A stretch of DNA of 64,000 nucleotides from NCBI GenBank assembly GCA_048267965.1, contig JBLWWK010000015.1:4661-68660 (forward strand), in the 5' to 3' direction. Positions 27,435-36,847 of this stretch are shown one piece after another (the first letter of the stretch is position 1; every line of letters begins with the position of its first letter). The DNA is from Salibacteraceae bacterium. GTDB lineage: Bacteria; Bacteroidota; Bacteroidia; Flavobacteriales_G; Salibacteraceae. The notes under the pieces are model-generated. The model saw only the letters and a list, made by a program, of their open reading frames with translations, searched no databases and had not been told where the DNA came from. The position numbers were made by a program, and so were the translations under genes.

Positions 27435-28740
27435 AAGTCGAGTTATTAACAATCTCCACAGAAGCAATTTCTTCGGCTCCTGTTTTAATTAGTTTTACTC
27501 GTTCAAAGGTATTGGCTTTTGAAGAATCGTAAGGTGTTTTAACACGAACATAATTTTCAGTATAACCGTGAAGAAAACCATCGTTGTCTTCAGTTTCCCA
27601 CAAAACGGTTTTTTCTTTTTGAAGTTGAGACTCGTAGAAAGCACGTTTCTTTTTAGTCGATAAAATTCGGAGCATTTTATTGCGTTCCTGCCGAACAGAA
27701 ACGGGCACAATTTCGTCCATTTTATCGGCTAGGGTATTGGCTCTTTCACTGTAGGTAAACACGTGAAAGTAAGATACATCTAAATCTTTTAAGAAGTTGT
27801 AAGTAAGTAGAAAATCTTCTTCTGTTTCTCCCGGAAAACCAACAATCACATCTACACCAATGCAGGCATCTGGCATCAATTTTTTAATGGTAGCTACACG
27901 ATTGGCGTAAAGTTCGCTCACGTATTTTCTCTTCATGTTTTTGAGAATACGGTCGGAACCCGATTGCAGTGGGATATGAAAATGCGGAACAAATTTTTGA
28001 CTTTCTGCGCTAAAAGCAATGATTTCGTCTGAAAGAAGGTTAGGTTCAATCGATGAAATTCTAAATCTAGGAATGGCCAATTGATCGAGTTCTTGGCAAA
28101 GTTGGAAGAAGTTTTCATGGGTTCCTGCCCCGAAATCTCCCGTATTTACCCCCGTTAATACTACCTCTTTAATTTCGGAGTTTTCAATTTCTTTCGCCTT
28201 TTCGATGGTTTGAGCGATGGTGTTACTTCTGCTTTTACCTCTAGCTAACGGAATGGTACAAAAAGTACAGTAGTAATCGCAGCCATCTTGAACTTTGAAA
28301 AAAGTTCGGGTTCTATCCTTTAGCGAAAATGACGGAAAAAATTCTTTAACGCGACCAATTTTGCCATGAATGATTTTTCCTTCACCATTAGTTGGTAAAT
28401 CTTCTAAATGCTCAACAACATTGAATTTTTCATTGGCTCCGAGCACCAAATCTACTCCAGGGATGGAAACAATCTCTTCTGGTTTCAATTGAGCGTAACA
28501 TCCTACCACAATAATTTTGGCTGCGGCATTGGTTCGCTTGGCGCGATTCACAAAATTTCTACATTTTTTATCGGCCATATCGGTTACAGAACACGTGTTG
28601 ATTACGTAAACATCTGCAAATTCTGTAAAACCCACACGGGCATAACCAGCCTCTTCAAAACTTCTCGCTATGGTAGAAGTTTCAGAGAAATTGAGCTTGC
28701 AGCCCAATGTATAAAAAGCAACTTTTTTGTACGGATTCAT
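27427..28740 (-). CDS. mtaB: radical-SAM tRNA methylthiotransferase, MtaB-like
   Basis: UPF0004 N-domain (KVAFYTLGCKLNFSE), radical SAM motif CDYYCTFCTIP and a TRAM-like C-terminus, 437 aa. Confidence 0.75.
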   Translation of the reverse strand: MNPYKKVAFYTLGCKLNFSETSTIARSFEEAGYARVGFTEFADVYVINTCSVTDMADKKCRNFVNRAKRTNAAAKIIVVGCYAQLKPEEIVSIPGVDLVLGANEKFNVVEHLEDLPTNGEGKIIHGKIGRVKEFFPSFSLKDRTRTFFKVQDGCDYYCTFCTIPLARGKSRSNTIAQTIEKAKEIENSEIKEVVLTGVNTGDFGAGTHENFFQLCQELDQLAIPRFRISSIEPNLLSDEIIAFSAESQKFVPHFHIPLQSGSDRILKNMKRKYVSELYANRVATIKKLMPDACIGVDVIVGFPGETEEDFLLTYNFLKDLDVSYFHVFTYSERANTLADKMDEIVPVSVRQERNKMLRILSTKKKRAFYESQLQKEKTVLWETEDNDGFLHGYTENYVRVKTPYDSSKANTFERVKLIKTGAEEIASVEIVNNSTYA

Positions 28741-28763
28741 TGAACGCGCAAAAGTACAAAAGA

Positions 28764-29891
28764 TTACTCTTCTTTCGAGCGAGTTAACAGCATGGTAAGC
28801 GGAATGTGGTCAGAGAGTTGAATATCTGAGTGGGTGGTAAAAGCCTTTACTGTTAAATCAGGGCTCGACATCAGGTAATCGATGCGGTAAGGAGGGAGGT
28901 AACCGGTTCCTTCGTAAGTGAAACCAAAGCCATTTCCCGATTCTTTAAAGCCATCGTTGAGCAGCGGAAAAAACTGATAGTAAGAATAAGTGTAAGGCGG
29001 ATCGTTAAAATCACCACCAAGTACTATAGGATACGGACAAGCTTCTATGTGTTTTACAATGGTTTCACTTTCGATAGCTCGGTCTATAAATGCATCTCGC
29101 AGTTTTTTAATGATCTCTTTTGAACGAATCACTTGATCATTAGAGTTTAGCTTGTTGGGATCTTCTAAAAAATTATAATCAGAGCCTTGAAAACGAAGAG
29201 ATCTTAAATGCAGATTATAGGCGCGAATCGTATCTTTTTCAATTACGATGTCGGCAAAAGTAGCACGAGCCTTTCCTTTTACGTGTGAAGCTACAACGAT
29301 GCCAGAATTGATTATAGGATGTTTTGAGAATATTGCCAAACCAAAAAAGCGCTTATCTATTTGAGGTTCGAAACGTTCAAAGAAGTAAAAAGGAGCTTGG
29401 GAATGTTCAATCACTTCTTCGATAGCTTTGTAATCTGGGTGATCACTCACATGGTAAAACTCTTGAAAAAGTAAAATGTCGGCTCGTTCATCTTTAATAA
29501 AGTTGAATATTTTTTGTTTGGCTTCCGTGTCGGGTTTCCAGCCGTATTTATTGAATAAACGAACGTTGTAAGATAGCACTTTGATATCGTTTTCTTCTTT
29601 TTTCCACTCTGAATGGTCAATGACTTGAAACTGCTGCCAATGTCTTGGGAAATAAAGTGAGATGATAATAAGCGAAAACCATGCTTTTTTCGATTTCTTG
29701 AAAACATAATAAAGAAAAAACAAAAGATTACCCAGTAGCAAATAGGGGTAAAGCATACCAAACACAGCAATGGGCCAAAAAACCGCTGGCGAAATAGCGG
29801 TAGTTAGGTAGCTCATAAGTAGCATGAGACCTAAAAGCACATTTAGGGTAAAGAAAGTGAGGCGAAGTAAACTCTTCAAGAAGGCTTTCAA
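28764..29891 (-). CDS. endonuclease/exonuclease/phosphatase (EEP) family protein with N-terminal TM helices
   Basis: VLSYNVRLFN...LLFQEF...GGDFND...SDHIPL is the EEP pattern. The apparent TTG start lies 6 nt after the upstream rhomboid stop. Confidence 0.8.
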   Translation of the reverse strand: MKAFLKSLLRLTFFTLNVLLGLMLLMSYLTTAISPAVFWPIAVFGMLYPYLLLGNLLFFLYYVFKKSKKAWFSLIIISLYFPRHWQQFQVIDHSEWKKEENDIKVLSYNVRLFNKYGWKPDTEAKQKIFNFIKDERADILLFQEFYHVSDHPDYKAIEEVIEHSQAPFYFFERFEPQIDKRFFGLAIFSKHPIINSGIVVASHVKGKARATFADIVIEKDTIRAYNLHLRSLRFQGSDYNFLEDPNKLNSNDQVIRSKEIIKKLRDAFIDRAIESETIVKHIEACPYPIVLGGDFNDPPYTYSYYQFFPLLNDGFKESGNGFGFTYEGTGYLPPYRIDYLMSSPDLTVKAFTTHSDIQLSDHIPLTMLLTRSKEE

Positions 29892-29896
29892 GTTGT

Positions 29897-30772
29897 TCAG
29901 TTTTTGCTCATGCGAAACAAGAAATCTTTTTCTTCTTTTGAAAGACTATCGTAACCAGATTTAGAAATTTTATCTAAAATTTCGTCAACACGCTCTTGGT
30001 CGTTCGAAGAAGATTTAGCGGCTCTTTGTTGCGTATTCGATGGTTTTTTACCGCCAGAATGAACCGTCATCTTAGGTTCTCTTTTTAGCGTACTTTTTAA
30101 TCGGGCAAAAAACTTTTCGAAAGGAGCTCCTAGATTGACCCCTTTTTGGAGTTGACGTATAAATATGTATCCGAAAATTGCTCCACCGAGGTGGGCCATT
30201 TTACCGCCTGTATTTTGGTTTAAGTTGAGTAAAGTAGTTAAAATGATGGCTCCTACTGCTAAGTATTTCATTTTTACAGGGCCAAGGAGTAATAAGCGAA
30301 TTGTGTAATCAGGCACCAATGTAGCCGTAGCTACAACAATAGCTAGAACAGCACCAGAAGCACCAATTAAATAAGTAGGGCCGTTATAAACACCAGGTAT
30401 TAAACCCATTAAAATGTAAACTAAACCACCAATTAAGCCTCCTAAAAGGTAAATAGTTAGAAAGCGTTTACCACCTTGAAAGTCGATTAAAATTCGTCCA
30501 ATCCAATAGAGCCACAATAGATTAGAAATAAGGTGAAATAGACCTTCGTGCGTAAACTGGTAGGTAAGAATAGTCCAAAAATGGGTGAGTACATCAAGCG
30601 GAGCCGAAGGTAGCGCCAGTGCATTCAGCATAAATCGATCAACACTGTCGTTGCCAAAAACCAGAATTAGATTTAAACCAACAAATACGATTACGTTGAT
30701 TAATAATATTTTAGAGAGGTAATCGTCTCCTCTAAATACTCTTTTAATGTCATCAACAATGAAATTGGCCAT
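29897..30772 (-). CDS. rhomboid-family intramembrane serine protease (with charged cytosolic tail)
   Basis: Motifs THEGLFHLISN, GASGAV (catalytic Ser) and AHLGGA (catalytic His). Confidence 0.85.
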   Translation of the reverse strand: MANFIVDDIKRVFRGDDYLSKILLINVIVFVGLNLILVFGNDSVDRFMLNALALPSAPLDVLTHFWTILTYQFTHEGLFHLISNLLWLYWIGRILIDFQGGKRFLTIYLLGGLIGGLVYILMGLIPGVYNGPTYLIGASGAVLAIVVATATLVPDYTIRLLLLGPVKMKYLAVGAIILTTLLNLNQNTGGKMAHLGGAIFGYIFIRQLQKGVNLGAPFEKFFARLKSTLKREPKMTVHSGGKKPSNTQQRAAKSSSNDQERVDEILDKISKSGYDSLSKEEKDFLFRMSKN

Positions 30773-30774
30773 AT

Positions 30775-31647
30775 TTAAAATTGTTGAAAATTGTTTCGGT
30801 TATAGTTCTTCCAAATTTTAATCAAGATAAAACCAAAAATCATACCTCCTAAGTGAGCAAAGTGTGCCACATTATCGCCCGGATTCATGGCTAATCCTTG
30901 AAATAGTTCAATGGCGCCATAGCCAGCAACAAAGTATTTTGCTTTGATTGGGAAGGGAACAAAAATTAAGAATAACCTCGCATTTGGGAAAAGCATACCA
31001 AATGCCAGAAGAATACCGAACAACGAGCCTGAGGCTCCTACCACATTGGGTAAGCTTTTGTAAAACTCACGATAGCTCAGCATAAATTCCCTTGCCGTAT
31101 CAATTTCAATCGGTGAAGCAGTGCCTGCTAATACTGCATTTAAACTGTCTTTACTCGTAGTGTATAATTCGTACATTCCAGGGTAACCACTCGATATTTG
31201 AAAAGGCCCAAACTCATCTAAAAAGTGAGTAAATGTATCGGTGTTTGGGTTGTTGATAAAACCATTCATTACTTCGATTGCAGGTGCTAAATCGAAAAAA
31301 TAAACAACAACATAATGGGTGAAAGCGGCTCCTAAACCGGTGAGTAGGTAGTAGGTGAGAAAACGTTTTTGGCCCCAAGTATTTTCAATAGCAGCGCCAA
31401 ACATCCAAACGGCAAACATGTTAAAAAACAAGTGCCCAAAATCACCATGCATAAACATGTAAGTGACCAATTGGTAAGGCTCAAATTTCTCAGAACCAAT
31501 CCAATGCAACCCAAACTGATCCCAAAGATTAATCCCAAAAGAAGAGATTAATACATTCGATGCTAAAAACATTAATCCGTTAATAATGAGTAAGTTCTTT
31601 ACTACATCAGGAAGTAATTTGAAACCGGTAGGTCTATATTGTTGCAT
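30775..31647 (-). CDS. rhomboid-family intramembrane serine protease
   Basis: Motifs HGDFGHLFFN, GASGSLFG and AHLGGMIFG. The start overlaps the mutL stop. Confidence 0.85.
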   Translation of the reverse strand: MQQYRPTGFKLLPDVVKNLLIINGLMFLASNVLISSFGINLWDQFGLHWIGSEKFEPYQLVTYMFMHGDFGHLFFNMFAVWMFGAAIENTWGQKRFLTYYLLTGLGAAFTHYVVVYFFDLAPAIEVMNGFINNPNTDTFTHFLDEFGPFQISSGYPGMYELYTTSKDSLNAVLAGTASPIEIDTAREFMLSYREFYKSLPNVVGASGSLFGILLAFGMLFPNARLFLIFVPFPIKAKYFVAGYGAIELFQGLAMNPGDNVAHFAHLGGMIFGFILIKIWKNYNRNNFQQF

Positions 31648-33539
31648 TAATTGAATCTTTTATTCAGTTCATCTAACGTAATGGTAGATACAATAGTTTT
31701 TCCAGAAGGTGTGGTATACGGATTTTCGCAACCAAAAAGCTCATCGATAAGTGCTTTCATTTCTTCTTGACTAAGTACTTTTCCGCTTTTAATAGCTGTT
31801 TTCTTAGCGAGTGCTCGAGCAAAGCTCTCTTTCTTTTCGAGGTTGAGCTTCTGTTGGTTAAGTTTAAAACTTTCAATCACTCCTTCGAGTAATTCTTTAG
31901 GGTCTTGATCTACCGCATAACTAGGTAAACCTTGAATTACAAAGGCATTTTTACCAAACTCATTGATATCGAAACCTATAGCGTGTAACTCTTCCATTAA
32001 ATTGCGAATCATTTCAGCATCTCCTGAAGAAAACTCAACTGTTTGAGGGAAAAGCTGCTGCTGGCTCCAACCTGAATTTCTGCTTAAAGCCTGTATGTAT
32101 TGCTCAAATAAAATACGTTCGTGCGCTCTACTTTGGTGAATAATAACAAAACCAGAACGAATCTGTGCCAAAAGGTATTTTTTGTGAAGCTGTATGGTTT
32201 TGGTCTCGGTAGGATCCGTTTTTTCACTCGTTTGAGAAAAATCACTCGTTACTCGAGAGGCTCCTTCCGTAGGTTGAAATAGATCTCCATTTGAAGTTCC
32301 TAAATCTGCTGATGCCTTTTCCTTTTCCATAAAAGGATGTTGTGCATAGAGCTTTTCCCAATTTTCACGGTTCGATCTTTCTTGAGGCGTTTCAGTAGGA
32401 GTGCTATACGTTCCTTTGAATTTCTTCTCTTCTTCGAACGGATTGTAATTCGGATTCACCTTTACTTCTGGCATCCGAACAGGAGTTCCTTCTTTCAATG
32501 GCAGTGTGTCGAAACTGGTTTCTCGATCAAAGTCGAGAGAAGGAGCCACGTTAAACTTGCCAATGGCTTGTTTGATAGAGCTGTTCAAAATGGCATAAAT
32601 AGCCCGCTCATCTTCAAATTTGATTTCAGTTTTGGTGGGGTGAATGTTAATATCAATAAAATCGGGTTCAACCTCTAAGTGTAAAAAATACCCTGCATGA
32701 AAACCTTTTGGAATAAGCTCGCTTAGCGCATCTTGAATAGCGTGATGCAGATAAGCCGACTTTATAAATCGGTTATTAACAAAGAAAAATTGCTCGCCTC
32801 GTGTTTTCTTTGCAGCTTCTGGTTTTACCAAAAAACCAGAAATTTTCACCAAGTTGGTAGCTTCTTCAACTGGCACCAACAACTGATTGTATTTCTTGCC
32901 AAAAACGGCAACAACTCGCTGTCTAAAGTTACTTTTTGGTAACCGAAACAACTCATTTTCGTTATGATGAAAGGTGAATGCTACTTCTGGGTGTACTAGG
33001 GCTACTCGCTCAAACTCATCAATTATATGTCGAGTTTCTACATTGTGCGATTTCAAGAATTTTCTTCTTGCAGGCACATTGAAAAACAAGTTTTTTACCG
33101 AGATACTGGTTCCTACCGGGCATTGCTCAGGTTCTTGAGTTTTTACCTCAGAAGCTTCAACTTCAATTTTACAGCCGAGGTCGGCATCTTGCTTTCGGGT
33201 TTTAATTTCGAGTTGACTAATAGATGCAATAGAAGCAAGTGCCTCTCCACGAAATCCCATTGTTTTTAAAGCAAATAAATCGTCAGCCTTTCGAATTTTC
33301 GAAGTGGCGTGTCTTTCTAAGCAAAGTCGAGCGTCTGTTTCGCTCATACCGCTTCCATTGTCGATTACTTGAATAAGGGTTTTGCCGGCATCTTTCACAA
33401 TTAATTGAATAGACTGTGCGCCAGCATCTACGCTGTTTTCAAGAAGTTCTTTTACAACAGATGCAGGGCGTTGAATAACCTCACCAGCCGCAATCTGATT
33501 GGCAATAGAATCGGGTAATAGTTGTATTATGTCGGGCAT
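31647..33539 (-). CDS. mutL: DNA mismatch repair protein MutL
   Basis: The N-terminus is IQLLPDSIANQIAAGEVIQRPASVVKELLENSVDAG (GHKL ATPase). 630 aa with a C-terminal dimerisation domain. Confidence 0.95.
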   Translation of the reverse strand: MPDIIQLLPDSIANQIAAGEVIQRPASVVKELLENSVDAGAQSIQLIVKDAGKTLIQVIDNGSGMSETDARLCLERHATSKIRKADDLFALKTMGFRGEALASIASISQLEIKTRKQDADLGCKIEVEASEVKTQEPEQCPVGTSISVKNLFFNVPARRKFLKSHNVETRHIIDEFERVALVHPEVAFTFHHNENELFRLPKSNFRQRVVAVFGKKYNQLLVPVEEATNLVKISGFLVKPEAAKKTRGEQFFFVNNRFIKSAYLHHAIQDALSELIPKGFHAGYFLHLEVEPDFIDINIHPTKTEIKFEDERAIYAILNSSIKQAIGKFNVAPSLDFDRETSFDTLPLKEGTPVRMPEVKVNPNYNPFEEEKKFKGTYSTPTETPQERSNRENWEKLYAQHPFMEKEKASADLGTSNGDLFQPTEGASRVTSDFSQTSEKTDPTETKTIQLHKKYLLAQIRSGFVIIHQSRAHERILFEQYIQALSRNSGWSQQQLFPQTVEFSSGDAEMIRNLMEELHAIGFDINEFGKNAFVIQGLPSYAVDQDPKELLEGVIESFKLNQQKLNLEKKESFARALAKKTAIKSGKVLSQEEMKALIDELFGCENPYTTPSGKTIVSTITLDELNKRFN

Positions 33540-33554
33540 AAAAACTCTAAGGAG

Positions 33555-33857
33555 TTAAGCAAAAAAATCGGTGTACAAATAGAGATACATAGCAGCAAAA
33601 AGGGTGAGGGCAATAATGGCCACTCGGTAAGTTGAGATTTTGGCTGCTGTTTTAGAATCGTGTTGATTTCGCCACTCAGCGCGTAATTTCTCACGTAACT
33701 CATCGGTACTTAAACCCGTTTTTTGCTCCAGCTTGTATTCTCGAATCGACTGCTCTTTTCGAGCTTCAAATTCTTCACGCTGAGCATTGTAATAACGAGC
33801 TTTAAAATTAAAGCCACGGGGCTGATTGGTTTTAAAAGAGGTAATCTTCATAATCAA
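33555..33857 (-). CDS. hypothetical small protein, charged N-region plus one C-terminal TM helix
   Basis: 100-aa ORF located 15 nt upstream of mutL on the same strand. I recognise no family. Confidence 0.45.
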   Translation of the reverse strand: MIMKITSFKTNQPRGFNFKARYYNAQREEFEARKEQSIREYKLEQKTGLSTDELREKLRAEWRNQHDSKTAAKISTYRVAIIALTLFAAMYLYLYTDFFA

Positions 33858-34004
33858 AGTTCAAAAGTACTACTAAAGGTTAAATTTTAGGGCACCTTCT
33901 TGGTTTTACAAGTTGATAATTTCTGTTAATAATTCACTAAATCTAACGTAAACTAAACCGGTGTAAATAATAATTTCGTTATTCGAATTTGTTACAACCC
34001 GCTC

Positions 34005-36836
34005 ATGATAAAAACTGTAGTAGGAACCATATTACTCTTCCTTTTTACTTCTTTTTACTTTTGGAATCCAACCCCGACCGCTCCTGTTTATAACCAAGAG
34101 AACAAAGTGGCCAAAGAATGGGTAGATTCTGTTTACTCCCATTTGTCTGCATCAGATCGGTTAGCTCAACTCTTTGTAATAGAGACGAGTAGTGAAGAAG
34201 ACAACAATAAGTTAGCCAAATTTTTAAACGAATATTCAGTAGGCATTGTTACACATGCGAATTTTGAAGTCCTAGAAGTTGAAAATACTGATTTAGATGC
34301 TTTTGAAGCATTTTCGCTCCCTCAAATTGAGTCGGAATTAGCAAAAGGAAAATGGCCCTTGCAAACTCCTTTAAGCCTAGCAGCCATTGAAAATGATTCT
34401 ATTTCGATGAACTACGGTCAATCAGTAGGCAAGTGGTTAAAAAGCAAAGGCGTTGATTTTGTAACTGGTGTAGATGGTAGTTTGCTCAATGGCAGTAACC
34501 AGTCGTTAAATCACTATTTTGGTGAAGATAAGCGAAACGTATATCGCACATTAAAAGCCTTTTATCAAGGGCTAGAAAAGGAAGGAGTACTTACCGTATT
34601 GGGTGGCTTTCCCGGAGTTTCTATTCATTCATTAGCAGAACAACCCAGTTACAATTTCTTGCAATCTGAGCCCTTTTTTGTGTATCAATCTTTGCTAGAA
34701 GATGGAATTGCGGCTCTTTCATTGAGCAACGCTCGGGTAATGGCTTTAGATTCTCAACAAGTAATGAATCAATCTGAAAAAGCCATTCAAGATTTAATTC
34801 GCACTAAGTGGCATTATCAAGGATTTGTTATTGCGAACGAAGAACCAAACCAAGCAACAAAAAATCAAACGTATTTAAATCGGTTGTTGGCCGGAGCCGA
34901 TTTGCTTGTTGTTCATCAAAATCCGAAAAATCTCCTCGATTTTTTAGAAAAATCGCTAGAAGATAGCACACTATCTATCCAACTTATAGAAGAAAAGTGC
35001 AAGAAAGTATTGCGAGCAAAGTATTGGAGAAATCATTACGAAAATCCTGAAAAAGATGAAATTTCTTTCGAAAGGATTCAGCGCGAGGTGATTAAAAACT
35101 CTGCTGTGCTTATTCAGAATAATCACGAATTTTTACCGATTCAGCGGTTAGATACTACCCAAATTGCACTTGTAACGATAGGCGAATCTTCTGCAGACAG
35201 CTCGCTGCTAAAGTCGATGCGTTTGTATGCACCAACGGCTCACTTTTCGGTAGGAGCCGCTGCCACTTCGTATGAGCAAATAGAATTGTTTAAGCACCTC
35301 GACAGCTTTAACTTATTGGTAATTTCTGTTCAAGAAGTGGCCAATGGTTCGGCTACAGAAACCTACGATTTGCTGAGGAATTTAGAGAAGAACTACAGAA
35401 CGGTCTTGCTTTGGAACACTTCAACCGCTGATTTACTTCCCTATTCTGATGCTTTCAACCATTCTTCAGTTCTGCTTGCCTGGGGTAAAGATGATCTTTC
35501 AAAATCAATTATGGGGCAACTTTTATTTGGAGGTTGTGTTCCTACCGGTAAATTACCTTTTACCCTCTCTGAAACATGGCCAAACGGCTTGGGAGCTAGC
35601 TACCGTGAAAAAATTCGATTAGCCTACGCTTCACCAAAAGCCATTCAATTTGACGAAAAATACATACGTAGAATCGACAGTATAGCCCTGCGCGGTATCG
35701 AAGAACAAGCCTATCCGGGGTGCCAGATAATTGTGGCTAAAGAAGGAACCGTTTTTTATCAAAAGCAGTTTGGTCACCATACCTATGAAGAAAACCAAGC
35801 GGTTCGAGAAAATGATATTTACGATTTAGCATCGATTACTAAAATTGCTTCTTCGATGATTTCGGTAATGCACTTGCAAGATTTAGGGAAACTCAATCTT
35901 GAGCAAACCTTGGGGGAATTAATTCCTGATTGGGTAGAATCTACCGAATACGAAAACATTGTTTTACGAGACATGTTGGCCCACCAAGCCGGGTTAAAAG
36001 CTTGGATTCCGTTTTACCAAAAAACGCTTGAAAATGGCGTTCCTCGTTTCGATATCTATTCAAAAGCACAAAACGAAACCTATCCGTATAGAGTGGCAGA
36101 AGGGTTGTTTATTGATAAGAATTACCCAGATTCTATTGTTAAAACCATTGTAAACACACCTTTAGGAGAAAAAGGAAATTATAAATACAGCGATTTAGGC
36201 TATTATTTTATTCAGAAAATTGTAGAAAAGCACAGTGGTAAATCGCTCGACAGGTTTGTAGAAGATACTTTTTACGAACCTATGGGGTTGCACAGAATGG
36301 GATACAAGCCGAGAGAAAAATTTCCGTTAGAAGAAATTGTACCTACTGAATACGATGTGTTTTTTAGAAAGCAATTGGTACATGGAGATGTTCATGATCC
36401 AGGTGCGGCTATGATGGGTGGCGTTGGCGGACACGCAGGATTGTTTTCTACTGCTAATGATTTAGCCAAATTAATGCACATGTACATGAATTTTGGCTAT
36501 TACGGAGGCGAACGTTTCTTAAAAGCTGAAACCGTAGAAGAATATACAAAATGCCAATTTTGCTCAGACCCATCGAGTAGTAACCGAAGAGGAGCTGGCT
36601 TTGACAAGCCAGTAAGAGACGGAGGCGGTGGCCCTACCTGTGATTGCGTATCTTACTCAAGTTTTGGTCATACTGGTTTTACAGGAACCATCGCTTGGGC
36701 CGATCCTGAAGAAGAAATTGTTTTTGTGTTTTTATCGAACCGTGTTTATCCCAACGCTGCCAATAAGAAACTAATAAAAATGGGCATAAGAACCGATATT
36801 ATGCAAGCCATTTACGATGGTATAAATGATTATTAA
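34005..36836 (+). CDS. bifunctional-looking GH3-like N-terminal domain / serine hydrolase (class C beta-lactamase-related) fusion protein
   Basis: 943 aa. The C-terminal half has SxxK (ASITKIAS), a YSD motif and HTGFTG (KTG-equivalent). The N-terminal half is GH3/NagZ-like (GGFPG), a weaker match. Confidence 0.7.
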   Translation: MIKTVVGTILLFLFTSFYFWNPTPTAPVYNQENKVAKEWVDSVYSHLSASDRLAQLFVIETSSEEDNNKLAKFLNEYSVGIVTHANFEVLEVENTDLDAFEAFSLPQIESELAKGKWPLQTPLSLAAIENDSISMNYGQSVGKWLKSKGVDFVTGVDGSLLNGSNQSLNHYFGEDKRNVYRTLKAFYQGLEKEGVLTVLGGFPGVSIHSLAEQPSYNFLQSEPFFVYQSLLEDGIAALSLSNARVMALDSQQVMNQSEKAIQDLIRTKWHYQGFVIANEEPNQATKNQTYLNRLLAGADLLVVHQNPKNLLDFLEKSLEDSTLSIQLIEEKCKKVLRAKYWRNHYENPEKDEISFERIQREVIKNSAVLIQNNHEFLPIQRLDTTQIALVTIGESSADSSLLKSMRLYAPTAHFSVGAAATSYEQIELFKHLDSFNLLVISVQEVANGSATETYDLLRNLEKNYRTVLLWNTSTADLLPYSDAFNHSSVLLAWGKDDLSKSIMGQLLFGGCVPTGKLPFTLSETWPNGLGASYREKIRLAYASPKAIQFDEKYIRRIDSIALRGIEEQAYPGCQIIVAKEGTVFYQKQFGHHTYEENQAVRENDIYDLASITKIASSMISVMHLQDLGKLNLEQTLGELIPDWVESTEYENIVLRDMLAHQAGLKAWIPFYQKTLENGVPRFDIYSKAQNETYPYRVAEGLFIDKNYPDSIVKTIVNTPLGEKGNYKYSDLGYYFIQKIVEKHSGKSLDRFVEDTFYEPMGLHRMGYKPREKFPLEEIVPTEYDVFFRKQLVHGDVHDPGAAMMGGVGGHAGLFSTANDLAKLMHMYMNFGYYGGERFLKAETVEEYTKCQFCSDPSSSNRRGAGFDKPVRDGGGGPTCDCVSYSSFGHTGFTGTIAWADPEEEIVFVFLSNRVYPNAANKKLIKMGIRTDIMQAIYDGINDY

Positions 36837-36847
36837 AAAAGAATAAA

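Noticed and set aside
25268-27467. Apparent overlaps between the ORFs 25268..26698, 26640..27467 and 27427..28740
   Set aside because: These are artifacts of longest-ORF calling. Internal ATGs at 26602 and 27434 give proper N-termini (a signal peptide and an IMPase start) and remove all but an 8-nt overlap.
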